The notes under the pieces are model-generated. The model was not told the origin of the DNA, searched no databases, and worked only from the letters and a program-made list of their open reading frames with translations. Below are positions 40,868 through 54,700 of a DNA stretch of 64,000 bases, piece by piece (position 1 is the first letter of the stretch; every line of letters begins with the position of its first letter). The stretch is from the human T2T-CHM13v2.0 reference genome, Homo sapiens, in the NCBI RefSeq assembly GCF_009914755.1, contig NC_060942.1. The stretch is one strand, 5' to 3'. The position numbers were made by a program, and so were the translations under genes.

Positions 40868-42722
40868 AGACAATGCCATTTACAGTATCACCAGAAATAA
40901 TATAATAGCTAGAAATAAATTTGAGCAAGGAGAGAAAAGGCTTATACAATGAACATTATAAAACATTGCTGAAAGAAATGTGTCAAGAAATGTTTTAAAG
41001 AAAGATTTTTATGTCAAAATGTTTTAAAAAAGGACTAAATAAATGAAAATACATGCAGTACTCGTTAATTGGAAGATTTGATATTAAGATATAATATTGT
41101 TAGGACACTATTAACCAAAACAATTTACAGATTTATTTAATGTCAACAGCATTTTTTCTTAGAAATTCAAAAGCTGATCCTCAAATTTATGTGGAACTGC
41201 AAAAGGCCACAATGAGCCAACACAATATTGAAAAGGAAAAAAAAAAAACAAAGTTCGATCACTCAGTCTTCCAAATTTCACAATTTACTACTATAGTAAT
41301 AAAAACAATGTGGTACTGGCATAAAAATAGAAATATCTATCAGTAGAATAAAATGGAATGTTCAGAAATCCATACGTCTATGGTCAGTTGACTTTTGGCA
41401 AGTGTTTTAAGACCATTCATTGCACAAAGAACATTTCTTTAACAAATAATGCTGGGACAACTGGTATCCACACATAAAAGAATAAAATTGAACGCATATC
41501 TCACACAGTACACAAAATTAACTGAAAAATGAATTAACAACCCAAATATAGAAGCTAAAGCTATAAAGCTACTAAAAGAAAACATAGAAGTCAACTTTTA
41601 TGACCTTAGATTTGGCATTGGATTCTTAAATATAACACCCAAAGTATCATTGTTACCATGAGCAACAATGACAACAGAAACGGGAAAATTGGACATATCA
41701 GAATTAAAAACTTCTGTGTATTAAAAAAGATTAACAAGAAAGTGAAAATATAATCTACAGGATGGGAGAAAATACCAACAAATGACATAGGGTCTAACAT
41801 GTAGAAAATTACAGAACTGTTACAACTAACAAGAAAAAGACAAATAACCCAATTCAAAAATGGGCAAAGAATTTGAATAGGCATTCTGTGAAGAACATAT
41901 ACAAATGGCCAACAAACCCATTAAAAAATGCTTAACAACAGTAGTCATTAGTAAAATGCAAAACAAACTACAATGAGATACAATTTCACACCCAATAGGA
42001 TGGCACTAAAAAAAATGGGAAATAACAATTGTTGGCAAGGTAGAGAAATTAGAACACTCACATGTTGCTGGTAGAAATATAAAATGTTTTAGCCAATGTA
42101 GAAAACAGTTTGGCAGGTCCTCAAAGAGTTAAACATAGAATTATCATATGATCTAGTAGTTTCACTTCCAGATATAAACCCCAAATAATTAAAGCTGATG
42201 CTTGAACAAAGCCTTGTACACTCACATTTGGAGTATCATTGTTCACAATAGCCAAAACATGAAAACAACTGAAATATTCATAAATAAGTGAATGAATAAA
42301 CAAAGTTTTGTATACATATAAAATAGCATATTATTCAGTTATAAAAAAGAGTTAGTACTCATATGTACTATTACATGAATAAATCTCCAAAATATTTTGC
42401 TAAGTGAAAGATACAAAGGGTCACATATTGTGTGATTCCATTATAGAAAACAGAGAAGGCAAATTCATAGATACAGGAATTAGAGTGGTGTTTGCCAAGG
42501 CTGGAGGCAGAGGGAAATGGAGAGTTACTGTTTAATGGGTACAGTTTTTTTTTTTTTCTTTTGGGATAATGAAAATGTTTGGAAATTAAAATACAGGTCA
42601 TGGCTATATAACATTGTGAATGTCCTACTAAATTGTTAAATGCTTCAAAATGGTTCAAAATGGTTAAATGCTTCAAAATGCTTCAGAATGGTTAAATTTA
42701 TTTTAATCTCAATAAATAAGAA
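40868..42722 (+). mobile_element. L1MB-type fragment (ORF2 3' part and 3' UTR)
   Basis: KTMWYWHKNR in ORF 41140-41346; aaaacttctgtg; gtcacatattgtgtgattccatt; ends tctcaataaa. Confidence 0.9.
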
Positions 42723-42872
42723 AATGTATTCATATTTATTTACGAAGTATTTTCTAGTTCTTTTCAACATAAGGCTTAGATAGATTTGCCCAGTCAGCTT
42801 TTTTCTTTTCTGTATTTTACCAATGTGCCCTTATTTACTTAATGCAAATTATTTATGTATACTACTTTCATT

Positions 42873-43090
42873 CAGGGTTCCCCAGACCTTGGCACTATTT
42901 ATATTTTGGGCCAGATAGTTCATTGCTATGGGTGATTGTTCTGTGCAATGTAGAATATTTAGCGGGATTTCCAACCCTCGCCTTCTAGTTGCCAGGAGTA
43001 TCCTCAACCCCAATTGTAGCGATCAAAAATGTTTCCAGGTATTGTCAAATATGCCCTGAGAGGCAAATGTGCCTCTGGTTGGGAATTCTG
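42873..43090 (+). mobile_element. MER20 DNA transposon
   Basis: ccttggcactatttatattttgggccagata...aaaaatgtttccaggtattgtcaaatatgccctg. Confidence 0.85.
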
Positions 43091-43477
43091 CTCTGAATTA
43101 AGATGTTCTTTGCCTTGTTTGCATCAGCTCGTAGAGCATGCAAGGAGTGTCTATGAAACCTCTACAATTGTATACACCCAGAGGGAAAGTAGAAAAAGAA
43201 TTAGCAATTTCATGTGAAGAAAGTTTTAGAAAGTTAAAAACAAATTTGAAAATTGTTCTCCTTCAGGAGTCACAATACAGTGATATGATAAATATGTCCA
43301 TGGATATTTCTAATGCAATATGAAAGATAGTATGATAGGAGTCTAGGACAGGAGGAAGCTCTGATTTTAAACATTTTTTTTAGTAGAGGTATAATCTAGC
43401 TTTTGTTAGGTTTTTAAATTTGTTTTATCTTTAAAACCACAAATAATTGAAAAAGCAGAAGTAACTTGTGAGCTAAG

Positions 43478-43885
43478 GTGTCTCAATCCAGCTTCAGTTA
43501 GGAAATAAGACACCACTTTAGGCATTTCAAACAGAAAGAGGTTTACTAGATGTAGTTGAGCGCTCCGAAAATTATTACTGTCTTTGGATAGTTGATTTCC
43601 AGGCCTCACTACCTCAGCAAGGATTCCAGAAGTCAATGAGATACTGCTGCAACCACTGACACTATTTCTACCACCACAGCTGGCCCTCTTAATCACCAAC
43701 TTGTTGGTGAGGCACTGGGACACAGAGACTGGCTGTTGCAAAGATGCCCCTCACCAAATGCTACAGCAGAGGAATTAGCCTCCTCCACACATCTGCCTTT
43801 TCAGCTGATATCCAAGTGTATCAAATTAGGGGAACCTGAATCACATCCAAATCCTAGTTGAAAGTAAAGCAAGGAAATGTAGGGA
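43478..43885. mobile_element. Possible old MLT1-type LTR
   Basis: tgtctcaatccagcttcagttaggaaataagacaccact... and a ...cctagttgaaagtaaagcaaggaaatgtag end. Weak resemblance. Confidence 0.35.
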
Positions 43886-44815
43886 ATTTTTTTTTTTTTT
43901 GCGTTTTCTAAATTTTCAACTAAAAGGAAGTTCAAATTTGAGTTTCAAGAGCCAATTCAAATAGCTACTTTGTAAAGAAATTCACTTAGATGATGGGTTG
44001 CATGACTGTCAATAATTACATGAAAAAAGTACCTAAAATTATTTTGAATTCCACTTATATACCTTAACCTTATTGAAAAATGGTCATTTTTATTAGTGTG
44101 CAAATGAATAGGATCTGGTACAATTTTGTAGTTCAAACTGAGACAGTGTAAATTTCTGAAAACTAACATATCTATCTCTTTAAACACCATCACATAAACT
44201 ACAGATGTATTTTTTTGTTATATCCCTGTGTCTCTTAACCCTGTCTATTATGTCTTATGTCAACATTTACTTGAATAATCCAAATAATTTTTACATCATT
44301 TTCCCTATTTGAAGTTGGTCATGCAGAGCTGAGTACTAAAGCTTCTTGGTGAAAGTGAACTTCAATCAAATGGCCTGTCTTTCTCCATAGATAATAAAGT
44401 GCTTTATTTGCCAATAATCCTTACTGAAGTATATTTTAAAGTGAGAGAAAGCTGGAGAATCTTTATTTTATTGGAATTCTAACATACTAATTTTCACACT
44501 GGGCAGGTGAGCTGCCACTAACCTCAGGCAAGTCAATTTTCCATTTGCCTGACTCTCACAGGTAACTAATGGTGGACAAGGGCTGACTGCATATTTGCTA
44601 TGCTGACTTGCTTTGAGGATTACCTGCTATGTAGAATTGACTTTAAGACACTTTATTATTATTCTCCTCTTACAGCAATATAAGAAGACCCCCCTCCTCT
44701 CCCATTAGATAACTCTTGTTTTAGTGAAGCCCATTGGTCTTCCTAAAACAGGTGAAATTAATCTTATTCACTAATTTAATTGTAAATTCTTGTAGCTTGA
44801 TGTGTTGTCTTTGTG

Positions 44816-45115
44816 TTTATTTATTTATTTTTATTTATTTTAAGAGAGGGTCTCACTGTTTTGTCTAGGCTGGAGTGCAATGTCACGATCACAGCTCACT
44901 GCAGCCTCAACTTCCCGGTCTTAGTTGATCCTCCCACTTCAGCCTCCTGAGTAGATGAGACTACAGGCATGCGCCACCACACCTGGCTGATTTTTGTACT
45001 TTTTGTAGAGGCAGGGTTTTGCAATGTTGTCCAGGATGCTCCCGGGCTCAAACCATCCACCCTCCTCGGCCTCCCAAAGTGCTGGGATTACAGCCATGAG
45101 CCACTGTGACCAGCT
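44816..45115 (-). mobile_element. AluJ with (TTTA)n tail
   Basis: agggtctcact...gatcacagctcactgcagcctcaac (J-type) ... cctcccaaagtgctgggattaca. Confidence 0.93.
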
Positions 45116-46383
45116 GGCATAATGTATTTTAAACTCTATCCAGCATTATTCAGGTGTGGTTGAGGAAGATGTTTTTGGTCAGGACAACTCCTAAATCACA
45201 TTTTGTAGATTGCAGTATTATCTCTGCCTGCTTTGCTACATGAACAAGAGATTTATTGACTGATATACATAAAGATCAATTGTTTGTATAGGCAACTGAG
45301 GGTTACTCATCAATATACAGATTTATACTGATTGTAGTAATATCTTGGTTATATGGAAGACATAAAATTCTTGCATTTTAAAGATACAACAGCAGAAATA
45401 GAGTATCTTTATAAGTTAACCAGATATTAAAGAATTAAAAACAAAACAATCCAGCCTATGAATCAAATGAGATAGAAGGTGATTCTTTATATAACATATT
45501 TTTTTACTAATGTATACCTCAGATAATTTTTTTCAATAGAGAGTATGTCCGCAGTAGTAAATCTGCTTAAATATCAGTGAAAGCATTTCAAAACACACTC
45601 AAGCATTAGTAAATTATAGTCTCATTTTTAAATGAAAAGACTTAATCTTATGTTACAAGATCATTTGTTTAACCCAATAAATATTCTGAGAACTGAGTGA
45701 GCAATATCTGCAAGTATCACTTTGTTCACATTGCATCTTTGGACAAAGTAAATGTTTGATTGTCAGAGCCCTTTTTATGAAGAAGGAGTTGTCAGAAGAC
45801 AATGTCCAAACATTGACCAGACATTCTTACACGGCATATAAAACATTAGTAATATGTCCAAAAATGATATACTCTCAGTATGTTCTAATCTCCAGGTAAC
45901 TAACAAAGGATGAGACCACCAGTCAATACCCCAAACACAAAACACAAAGAAGAAAAATAATATATTGCTTATTTAAGTGAAAAAGCCTATGCTGGTCAAA
46001 CATATGCTTTTAGAGCAGAGCAGGACTTTGATCTTAAACATAAATTTTATGTGTAAGATTTTTAGGAAGGGAGGAATTCAGAGTCTGCCAGACTTTCAGA
46101 GGTGAGAGTGAGTTGTTTTTAACTACAGATGTATGCCTGATCAAGTGAGACTTCATTAGTTAACATTCAGAAGCATGTTCATAAGTGTTAACCTACTTCT
46201 GATTGCCTAACTTTTGGAAGAAAAGTGCTGTCACTGATTGGTTGGCTTGCAGAAATATATTGAGTTGTCCACATTGATAAATAACGATATGGCTACATAA
46301 TTATCAGATTTTTTTTCCTAGAAGCAGAAAATGTTTTTTCCCTTTAGCATAATTATCTTCAATAATGTAGAGAGTATCAAACT

Positions 46384-47160
46384 TATGAAAAAATGCTGAT
46401 CATCACTGGTCACTAGAGAAATGCAAATCAAAACCACAATGAAATACCATCTCACACCAGTTAAAATGGCAATCATTAAAAAGTCAGGAAACAACAGATG
46501 CTGGAGAGGATGTGCAGAAATAGGAATGCTTTTACACTGTTGGTGGGAATGTAAATTAGTTCAACCATTGTGGAAGACAGTGTGGCGATTCCTCAAGGAT
46601 CTAGAACTAGAAATACTATTTGACCCAGCAATCCCATTACTGGGTATATACCCCAAGAATTAGAAATCATTCTCCTATAAAGACACATGCACACGTATGT
46701 TTATTGTGGCACTGTTCACAATATCAAAGACTTGGAACCAACCCAAATGTCCATCCATGGTAGACTGGATAAAGAAAATGCTGCACATATATACCATGGA
46801 ATACTATGCAGCCATAAAAAAGGATCAGTTCATGTCCTTTGCAGAGACATGGATGAAGCTGGAAACCATCATTCTCAGCAAACTAACACAAGGACAGAAA
46901 ACCAAACACTGCATGTTCTCACTCATAAGTGGGAGTTGAACAATGAGAACACATGGACACAGGGAGGGGAACATCGCATATCAGGGCATGTTGGGGTGTG
47001 AGGGGCTGGGGGAGGGATAGCATTAGGAGAAATACCTAATGCAGATGATGGGTTGATGGGTACAGGGAACAACCATGGCATGTGTATACCTATGTAACAA
47101 ACCTGCACGTTCTGCACATGTATCCCAGAATTTAAAGTATAATTTAAAAAAATTTAAAAA
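46384..47160 (+). mobile_element. L1PA (PA7/8-like) 3' fragment
   Basis: ORF2p C-terminus ([22 protein letters not shown]) at 46421-46939, L1PA 3' UTR and A tail. Confidence 0.96.
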
Positions 47161-47169
47161 AGACATTTT

Positions 47170-47672
47170 CAGGATGCTTTATGTTGCAAGTAATGGAGAC
47201 TAAACTCAAACTAGCTAAAGCCATAAAAAACGTTTTTGGCTTACATAAGAGAAAGTACAGCAAAAAGTCAGACTTCAAGAATTAACTTAATTCATCTGTG
47301 AATCTCTTTACCTAAATTTTCTAATTCTCTCCTCTACACAGTGTTGGCACCATCCTCAGGCTTTAGAGGAGAGATTAATTCCCAGAATAAGATGGCATCC
47401 AAGGAAAACAATGTTAGATTTATTAATCAGGATGATTATTTTTCAACAAATATTGATCTTTTATTATTGATCTCAGTTGGATTACCTATAAAAATTTGAA
47501 TCAATTACTGTGAAGGGAGAGGAATTATCTCTAGACCAATCAGACTCACCCCCAGATTTGTGGATGGGTTCACCCTGAGGTGTATGGATAGGATTGATAC
47601 TTGAATAAAATCATGGATCTACAAGGATAGAGGAAGAGAGAATAGATGCTGGAGGGAAACCAATGGTCCACT
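47170..47672 (-). mobile_element. Old MLT1-type LTR
   Basis: gttgcaagtaatggagactaaactcaaactagcta... and aatagatgctggagggaaaccaatggtccacta. Confidence 0.45.
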
Positions 47673-47889
47673 ATATGTCATAAAATGAGAAATATAGTAC
47701 CTAATATCTGTATTATAAAATTTACTCTATATTTTCACTTCTTATTTATTGTTCATGACCATTATTGATGTTATTTGGAACAGTTACTTATTTCTTTTAA
47801 ATTTTTCAACTCCTTTAAGCCCACCCTGCATTTATCCTCATTAAAAAAAAAAACCAATAGAAGCCCATATTCCGTTCCTGAAGACAAAA

Positions 47890-48230
47890 CCACCTTGCTC
47901 CTGTATGCTTTTCTCTATCTTTAATGTACTTCATTTATTTATCTTGGAAGTTCTATTGATTTTTTTAAGACTTTTCTTAGCCCTTCTAAATAGAATTTGT
48001 CCCTTTATCATATTGGTCTTCTCAGTGCATTGTACATATTTCTGTAATAGCATTTACAAGTTTGTTTTATACTTATATATTTACATACCTATTTCACAGC
48101 TACGATGTGAAACGAGGTGAATGGGCAAGGAAGAAAGGGATCAAGAACCTTATTTTAAATATCTTTGCATTTCTAGTAGCTTACTGTTCCTGGAAGACAG
48201 ACATTGAATAATCACTAAATGAATAATCAA
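47890..48230 (+). mobile_element. L2 fragment
   Basis: agatgtgaa-like/ttctagtagcttactgttcctgg...cattgaataatcactaaatgaataa, an L2-type 3' end. Confidence 0.4.
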
Positions 48231-49257
48231 GGCAGGAGACACGTAGTTGTGTAACTTTGCTAAAATCTATATATTTTTCCTTTCTTCACTTTTCAAAAGG
48301 CAAAAATGAAGTTAATATGGAGAGTGTATAATGAGCATTATTTTCCATGTTTATAAATTTAAAATGAGATGTGTGAGAAAACCTTTTGGAAAAGGAAACT
48401 CGTGGAGGTAAAATGTAATACTATCATTATTATTATCATTAATTCACTCAATACATATTTATTGTTTATTATGCCTCAGGTGCAGCACATGGAACATATT
48501 GCAACCTGAAGGAAATGGTTGCTTACTATTTCTTTTAACATCTCTGCCCCTATTGTTAACTGGGACAAAACAACCATTTGGAGTGTTTTTGTTTTTGTTT
48601 TTGCTTTCATTCACAGATGGACCTTCTCCTAAAAGTCTTATCTTCTAAGTCTCCTAAGTCTTGGACTTTTCAAGGCCAAAGATTTAAAGGCCAAGTGGAC
48701 CATACGGGAGATCTAGTTTCCCATCCAGACAGCCAAGCTCATGCATCCCTGGATTTGGATGGATGGTTTCCCATGGGGCCTTGGACAGATTGGACCCAGC
48801 ACTGGCACAGGGTTGACTTGGAGGAATAAGCTCCTGGAAACCTCAATTAGCGTTTGGGGTATGAACATTAAACAATACTGAATCTGGAAACAATACATCA
48901 CACAGCGGGTCCAAGGAAATAAGCAGAAGGCTGGCAGCAGGCCAGGGCCAGGGGCCAAATCGCTCCTCAAAGACAATTCTTCATGGAGAAATGACAGCAG
49001 GTTTGAGGACAGCAGGTATGACCTAACAAGATAATGATATTAATTACATTTTGAAAATGGAAATAGGACAAAATGAAAGTGGTTTTTATTTGCCTATGTA
49101 ATAACAGATTTTACTTCTTTTGCCCAGCTATCTTGAGTCTGAAAGAAATGGATTTAGTTTTAAAAAATAAGGCAATATTAAGTTATACTAAACATTATTG
49201 CACCCCTGACACTGTTATGTTTGTTTGTTTTAAATGTGTATTGACTTAATACACATA

Positions 49258-49442
49258 AATAGCCTTTGGAATGGGTATAGTTATTATCACCATTTTACAA
49301 GGAAGAAAAAGGGAGACAACAGAGGTTAGGCAACTTACGCAACTTGCTCTGGGTCACACAGCTAGCAATGATGGAACTAGAAATCAAACAAAAGTAATGT
49401 GGTCCCAGAGACCACTCTTTTAAGCATGATGTTGTACTGCCT
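49258..49442 (-). mobile_element. MIR
   Basis: tattatcaccattttacaaggaagaaa...agaggttaggcaact...ggtcacacagctagcaa. Confidence 0.75.
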
Positions 49443-49489
49443 CTATATTCTGTCATAATTTAAGAGAGGATGAAATTCACCTGGATGGA

Positions 49490-50280
49490 CAAGTAACCCA
49501 ATGAAACATAAAATTGAATTCAGAAACAGGCTCTTGCACATACACACTCTTGCTATATGACAGAGGTGGAATACAGATCAATCAGGGAAAAGAACGGGCT
49601 CTTTAATAAAAAGTGATGAGGCAATTGGTTTTTCATTAGGGAAAATAGAAATTTAGGTGCTTACCTCATGCCATGTGCAATAATTAAACCTAAGATTGAA
49701 GAGTTACATGTGAAATGCAAAACTTGAAAACTATCAGAAAAATGCATTTATTGCATTTGAGAACAGAATAATTTTTTTAAAGTATAAACTACGTAGGAAT
49801 TTTAAAATGAATTCAGTTGTTATAATTTAAATTTTTAATTCAACAAGATACATATTTTAAAGTGAAAATACAAGCTATACAATTAAAGTAAATATTTGCC
49901 ACATATAAAATCAACAAAAAATTTGAATCTAGAGTATATAAAGAACTCCTATGAGTCAAATAAGTAACTACATACACAACTTAAAACTAAAGCAAACATA
50001 TATTTCACAGAAAAGGAAACATTAATGGCCAAAAAACATGAAGTAATTCTCAAGCTCATTATTAATCAGGCAAATTCAAACTAAGCCATAAAAGCTTTCA
50101 TTTCACATTCAGCATTTTGGCAAAAGTTAAAATTTATGACAATGTCAAGAGTTGGCAAGGATGTGAGACAGAGGGGAATGTTATAGACTGCCCTTGGGAT
50201 AGAAGTGTATGTTTGTATAATCTCTCTATGAAGTAATTAGTCACTACTTGGTAAGCTTGAAGATATCCAAACTCTAAATT
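49490..50280 (+). mobile_element. L1ME-type fragment
   Basis: tagagtatataaagaactcct; ttcacagaaaaggaaac; gttggcaaggatgtgag. Confidence 0.7.
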
Positions 50281-50739
50281 TGAAAGGACAGTTTTCTAAC
50301 CTCTCCTGTATCTCAGTGTCTTCATTTGTACATTTTACCTAACTCACAAGTCTAGTGTAATGATTCAATGAGTTATACATATAAAATGCTTTGCTTGGAG
50401 CTTGGCGTGAAATTAGCGGTGTTATTTTTTTTTCTGAGATCTTACTTTACACATGTAGGTACATCTTAATTGAGATTTAGCAGTCACAGCTTTTAAAATA
50501 TTCTTTATATACGGTTTCTTTGTATCACTTGATCAGGATTTCCTCATGCCTATTATATCAGATTGGGACCTTCAGGATCTAGCATATCATCTTTATAGGA
50601 GTAGCTATTCAATGGATTTTATTATTGGCTGAATTTTTAAGTATTAACTACTTAAATTTTCCTTTTGGTATTCCCGTACCTGGTTACTGTGAATGGTCTT
50701 TGTGCTAGAGGATCGCTAGGTGGTTACTTTAGGTTGGAT

Positions 50740-51450
50740 AGTTGAAATATAGGAAAAGAGCATTCTAGATGGGGAAAGAGCTAATGTAAAGGACCTAAGG
50801 GCTCAAGTTGAACTTGTCAAAAAACAAAACAAAATAAAACAAAACAAAGCCAGTGGCTAGAGGGAAGTATATAATCAATTTGGAAAACAAGAACGGGATC
50901 ATGTCACACTATATAAGTTTATGTTTTGTTTTGTACAGGTACAAATCCACAAACAATTTACAGCAGAGGTCTATCAAAATATGATTAGCATTTCACAAAT
51001 ACTTTCATGACTGCTTTGTGAAGAATAAATTGCAGATGGGCAATAGTGAAAGCAGAGTGACCAGGCAGAAAAATACAGTGATAACCTGGACAAGAAATCA
51101 AGGTGGCTTAGACTAGTAGTCATGGAGCTGAAAGGATTGAATAGGTTTGAGATATGTATTACTGGTAGTCAACAGATGTGCTTAAGGATTGAGATATTGG
51201 GGATAATAAAAAAAGAAGACTCAAGGATAATGCTTAGATTTTTGGTCTAAACACTGGTACCATCTAATAAGATTTGAAAGCCCATGGTTCCGTTGGGTAA
51301 GAGCAGAGGATGGATAAGGAGATCGAGATTTTATTTTGGCATGTTAAGTTTGAGATACAAAGTAGATATTTAATTAGATATGTCAGGAGGGCAGGTAGAT
51401 ATATGAGTTTGGTATCCAGGGACAGGTAAGGGCTAAAGATAAAATTGAGG
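50740..51450 (-). mobile_element. L2 internal fragment
   Basis: gcattctagatggggaaagagc; gcatgttaagtttgagata; gatatatgagtttgg. Confidence 0.65.
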
Positions 51451-51617
51451 AGCCAGCTGATTTAAACTTATATTTTAAATATAACTTGAACTATATTTTA
51501 AATCTGTGAGTTTAAGTTTCAGTTTTCTTACTAGGTAACTTCCAAAGACATTTTTGAGAGTCAAATGAAGTAACAAATAAAGGTGTTTTGCAAATTACAC
51601 TGTGTACAAAGAACAAT

Positions 51618-51760
51618 GGATTAGGAATTAGGAGTTTTAGTCCTGGCACTTTCATTGGCTAATGTTAGCACTTGAGCCAAGATATGTAACTCATTTGGGC
51701 TGAGTTTCCTTAGCTATAACATGATGAAATTAGAATCAATAAACTTTTTGGTCTCTTTCT
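51618..51760 (+). mobile_element. MIR fragment
   Basis: gagttttagtcctggcact...tttgggctgagtttcctta. Confidence 0.5.
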
Positions 51761-54700
51761 TGTCTCATGTTTGAAAAGAAAAACTTCCCTCTATTGTTGT
51801 TAGTTTTCCTCCTTCACTGAGAAGAGCAGGGCCTACAATTATTTAGCTGCAAATTAATTAAACATATAAACTTTATAATCACTTTATCGGAAAAACATTA
51901 AGCTCCTAAATGGAACATTACAAGAGCATCTTAACTTTGAGCCAGAGAAAGGACCCAAGAAGCAGACTGAATTCAGTGTCTGTCTATACAATTTTGTACT
52001 GAAAGTAATCTTGCCTTTCTTATCTTGATTTGCAGTGGCCAGTTAATTTAGGCAAAGTCGATCTGGGAGTGAGGATAAATAATAGTAAGAAAAAGAAAAA
52101 GAGTATTGAATAGATTTTTTTTTATGATGAACAAACAAAAGTCTTTATTTGTATAATTAAGCAAAGCTTTTATGGGTGGAACAAACATTTTAGAAAGCAT
52201 AGCTAATTTTGGCTGCATTCATATTTTTCTGTGACCTTGACATTTATATAATCTGGATGCAAATTTGTGATTAGCTTAGAGGACAGGTGAGGATGAACTG
52301 GCTAATGGGCAACAGTTTAGAGACCACACAAAAATATCACCAGTCTCTAAGTTCTACATGCCATGAACAGAATCACAAATTTCCAAAGACTAGTTAACTT
52401 AGAGCTCAACTTCTTTCCTTTAGGACCAATTACAGATGGCCTTGAATATTTTCAGTGCTGTCAACTGATAGCTTATGAAAAAACCTATACTATTTTTGTA
52501 CAATTCTAAATGATAAGTAGTCCCTTTACATTTTGAAACCAAAATGAACTGCCTCATAATTTTCTCTCTTGCATTCTATTTCTGTTCTTAGAGAAAAAAA
52601 TAGACAAATAAAGAAGTAAACATGTAAACTTATTTGAATATATTGGGTCTTCTGAGAGCTATCTATTCATCTTCATGTTCTTCAAGTATTTGTTGTTCAG
52701 CTTTCTGGACTGCCTCATTAATACAGTTGGTCTTTTTATGCATGAGCTCATTTTAGAATTTTACATTTTAAATGTGTTAGCCAGAAAGAACCATGTTTAC
52801 TTAGATATTATCTGGCAATTGCAGAACTTCATGGAATGCACCACCTTCAGCATTGACTCATAGTGAGCTTGCACAATTAGAAAGTCCCATATCTTTCTCT
52901 TAAGACTGTTGAGCCAGACATTACCAACTGTACACTTTTATAAAGTTTGAACTTTTTTTCAGAATTAAATTTAGTAAGTTTCATATATGGCATTTCTCTC
53001 AACCTGACTTGTCTCTTAAAAGTTCTATGTTCACTTGACTCATGATCACTAGAATGCAAATCTACTCTTCCTATTCTGTGTGTTGATGAGACTACTAATG
53101 GCCAGCACAGTATTTAAGTCAAGATATTTTCATTTCAGGGGTTGTCATCAAATACCATTGTGACATATAGTGTCTTTTAATTCTAATAAAATACAAATCA
53201 AGCTTTTAGGCTGATTATTTTAATGCATGCATGGGTCGAGTTTTAGAAAACTCTGATCCCTGACAAGTGTATTTAATTCTTATTTTTATAATGTAATAAT
53301 TCCTGTAGTATTGATATCTACTCTTTTTAAAATGATAAAATTTACACTTTCTATGTTACATTTATCCTGGTTTATTTTTGCCTAGGTTCCAGCCATTATA
53401 TATATATCATTTGAATATACAATCTGACATCTGTTGTGTTAGCTTGGTCAGTTCTTAAAGTCATACTAAAATGTCTTCTGTCAATCCTTAATGAACTATA
53501 TAATGAAGAGAAAGGCAAGGAGAGAATTCCATTGACTGCTGAGAGACTTGTCCTTTGCTACTTGGAATCTTTGCTTATGTATTCAATCCTATTTCTGGAT
53601 CTTATGGCATAAGATCCTCAACTCTATGCTTCATTTTCTGGTGTCATGATATTATTGTGCAGATACTCTGCCTGGATATGGGTAAATTTACCTGCATATC
53701 CCTGAGGTACCATAGGGTTGCGTCTCCTATGCAGACTCATTTCATAATTCTAACCACTGAGGAACATCTATCTTTAGATATTCTTAGGTAACTCCCACCC
53801 TGCTCTTTTGTTTTCTGTTCCCAGCCAGTTACCTTACATTTAAAGCCTACCTCTCCTTCTGTGACTAGTGTGCTACTCTGTCCCCTCACATAGTTCTTGC
53901 TTGATACTGTACCTTCTCTGATGATACCTGAAGAATATAGATACTATTAAGTTGTTATTGTTATCAGTACTTTATTTATAAAAGACTCACTTTTATTATT
54001 AATATAATATTCATAATAACATGATTACCATCATCAGCTTGGTAGTAGTAATAGCATCAAAAGGCTTAATTAGAGCTATTAAGTTTGCTGTTTTAATGAC
54101 CTGGAGTAGAAATCACAAATACTAAGCCATCATTATCCCATCTTCCTCAATGTCAAATGAGGCCTTTCTCAAACCAACCATGCCATGTCCTCCATTGATT
54201 AGCGTCACCTCTAAAGATGGTAATTTATTTGGAATTGATCGGTCATTAATTTAACATTTTTAAATGCCAAGATTTAAATCTGAATACTAAGACAGGAGGC
54301 CAAAAGCTGCATTCATGTATACTGGCTTCTTAAATAAGGTTTAGAGATCCCAGAAATTCTCATATTCAGATTAGTTGACCAAAACAGGCTTAATTGGCCA
54401 ATTTGACTTTTTCTACTAGAGAAAAGAGAATTTACATGTAAAAACTGCTTTCATTGCTTCAGGTGCTTTGTCTGTGCTTAATTCTCATTACAATTCTATT
54501 GTTATCTTCATTTGGTAGATGAGGTGACCAAAGCTAAGAAATATTAAATAGCTACACTAAGGAAATATAGAGCAAAATCAAGGTATGCATAAATACATCT
54601 GATCTCAATGCCTGTTTTCTTTTTATATCCTGCTTTACAAGAATAAAATTTTCCTAACACTTTACTAGGTGTCTTATCTTGAAAAACTTGTTTAATTCTC

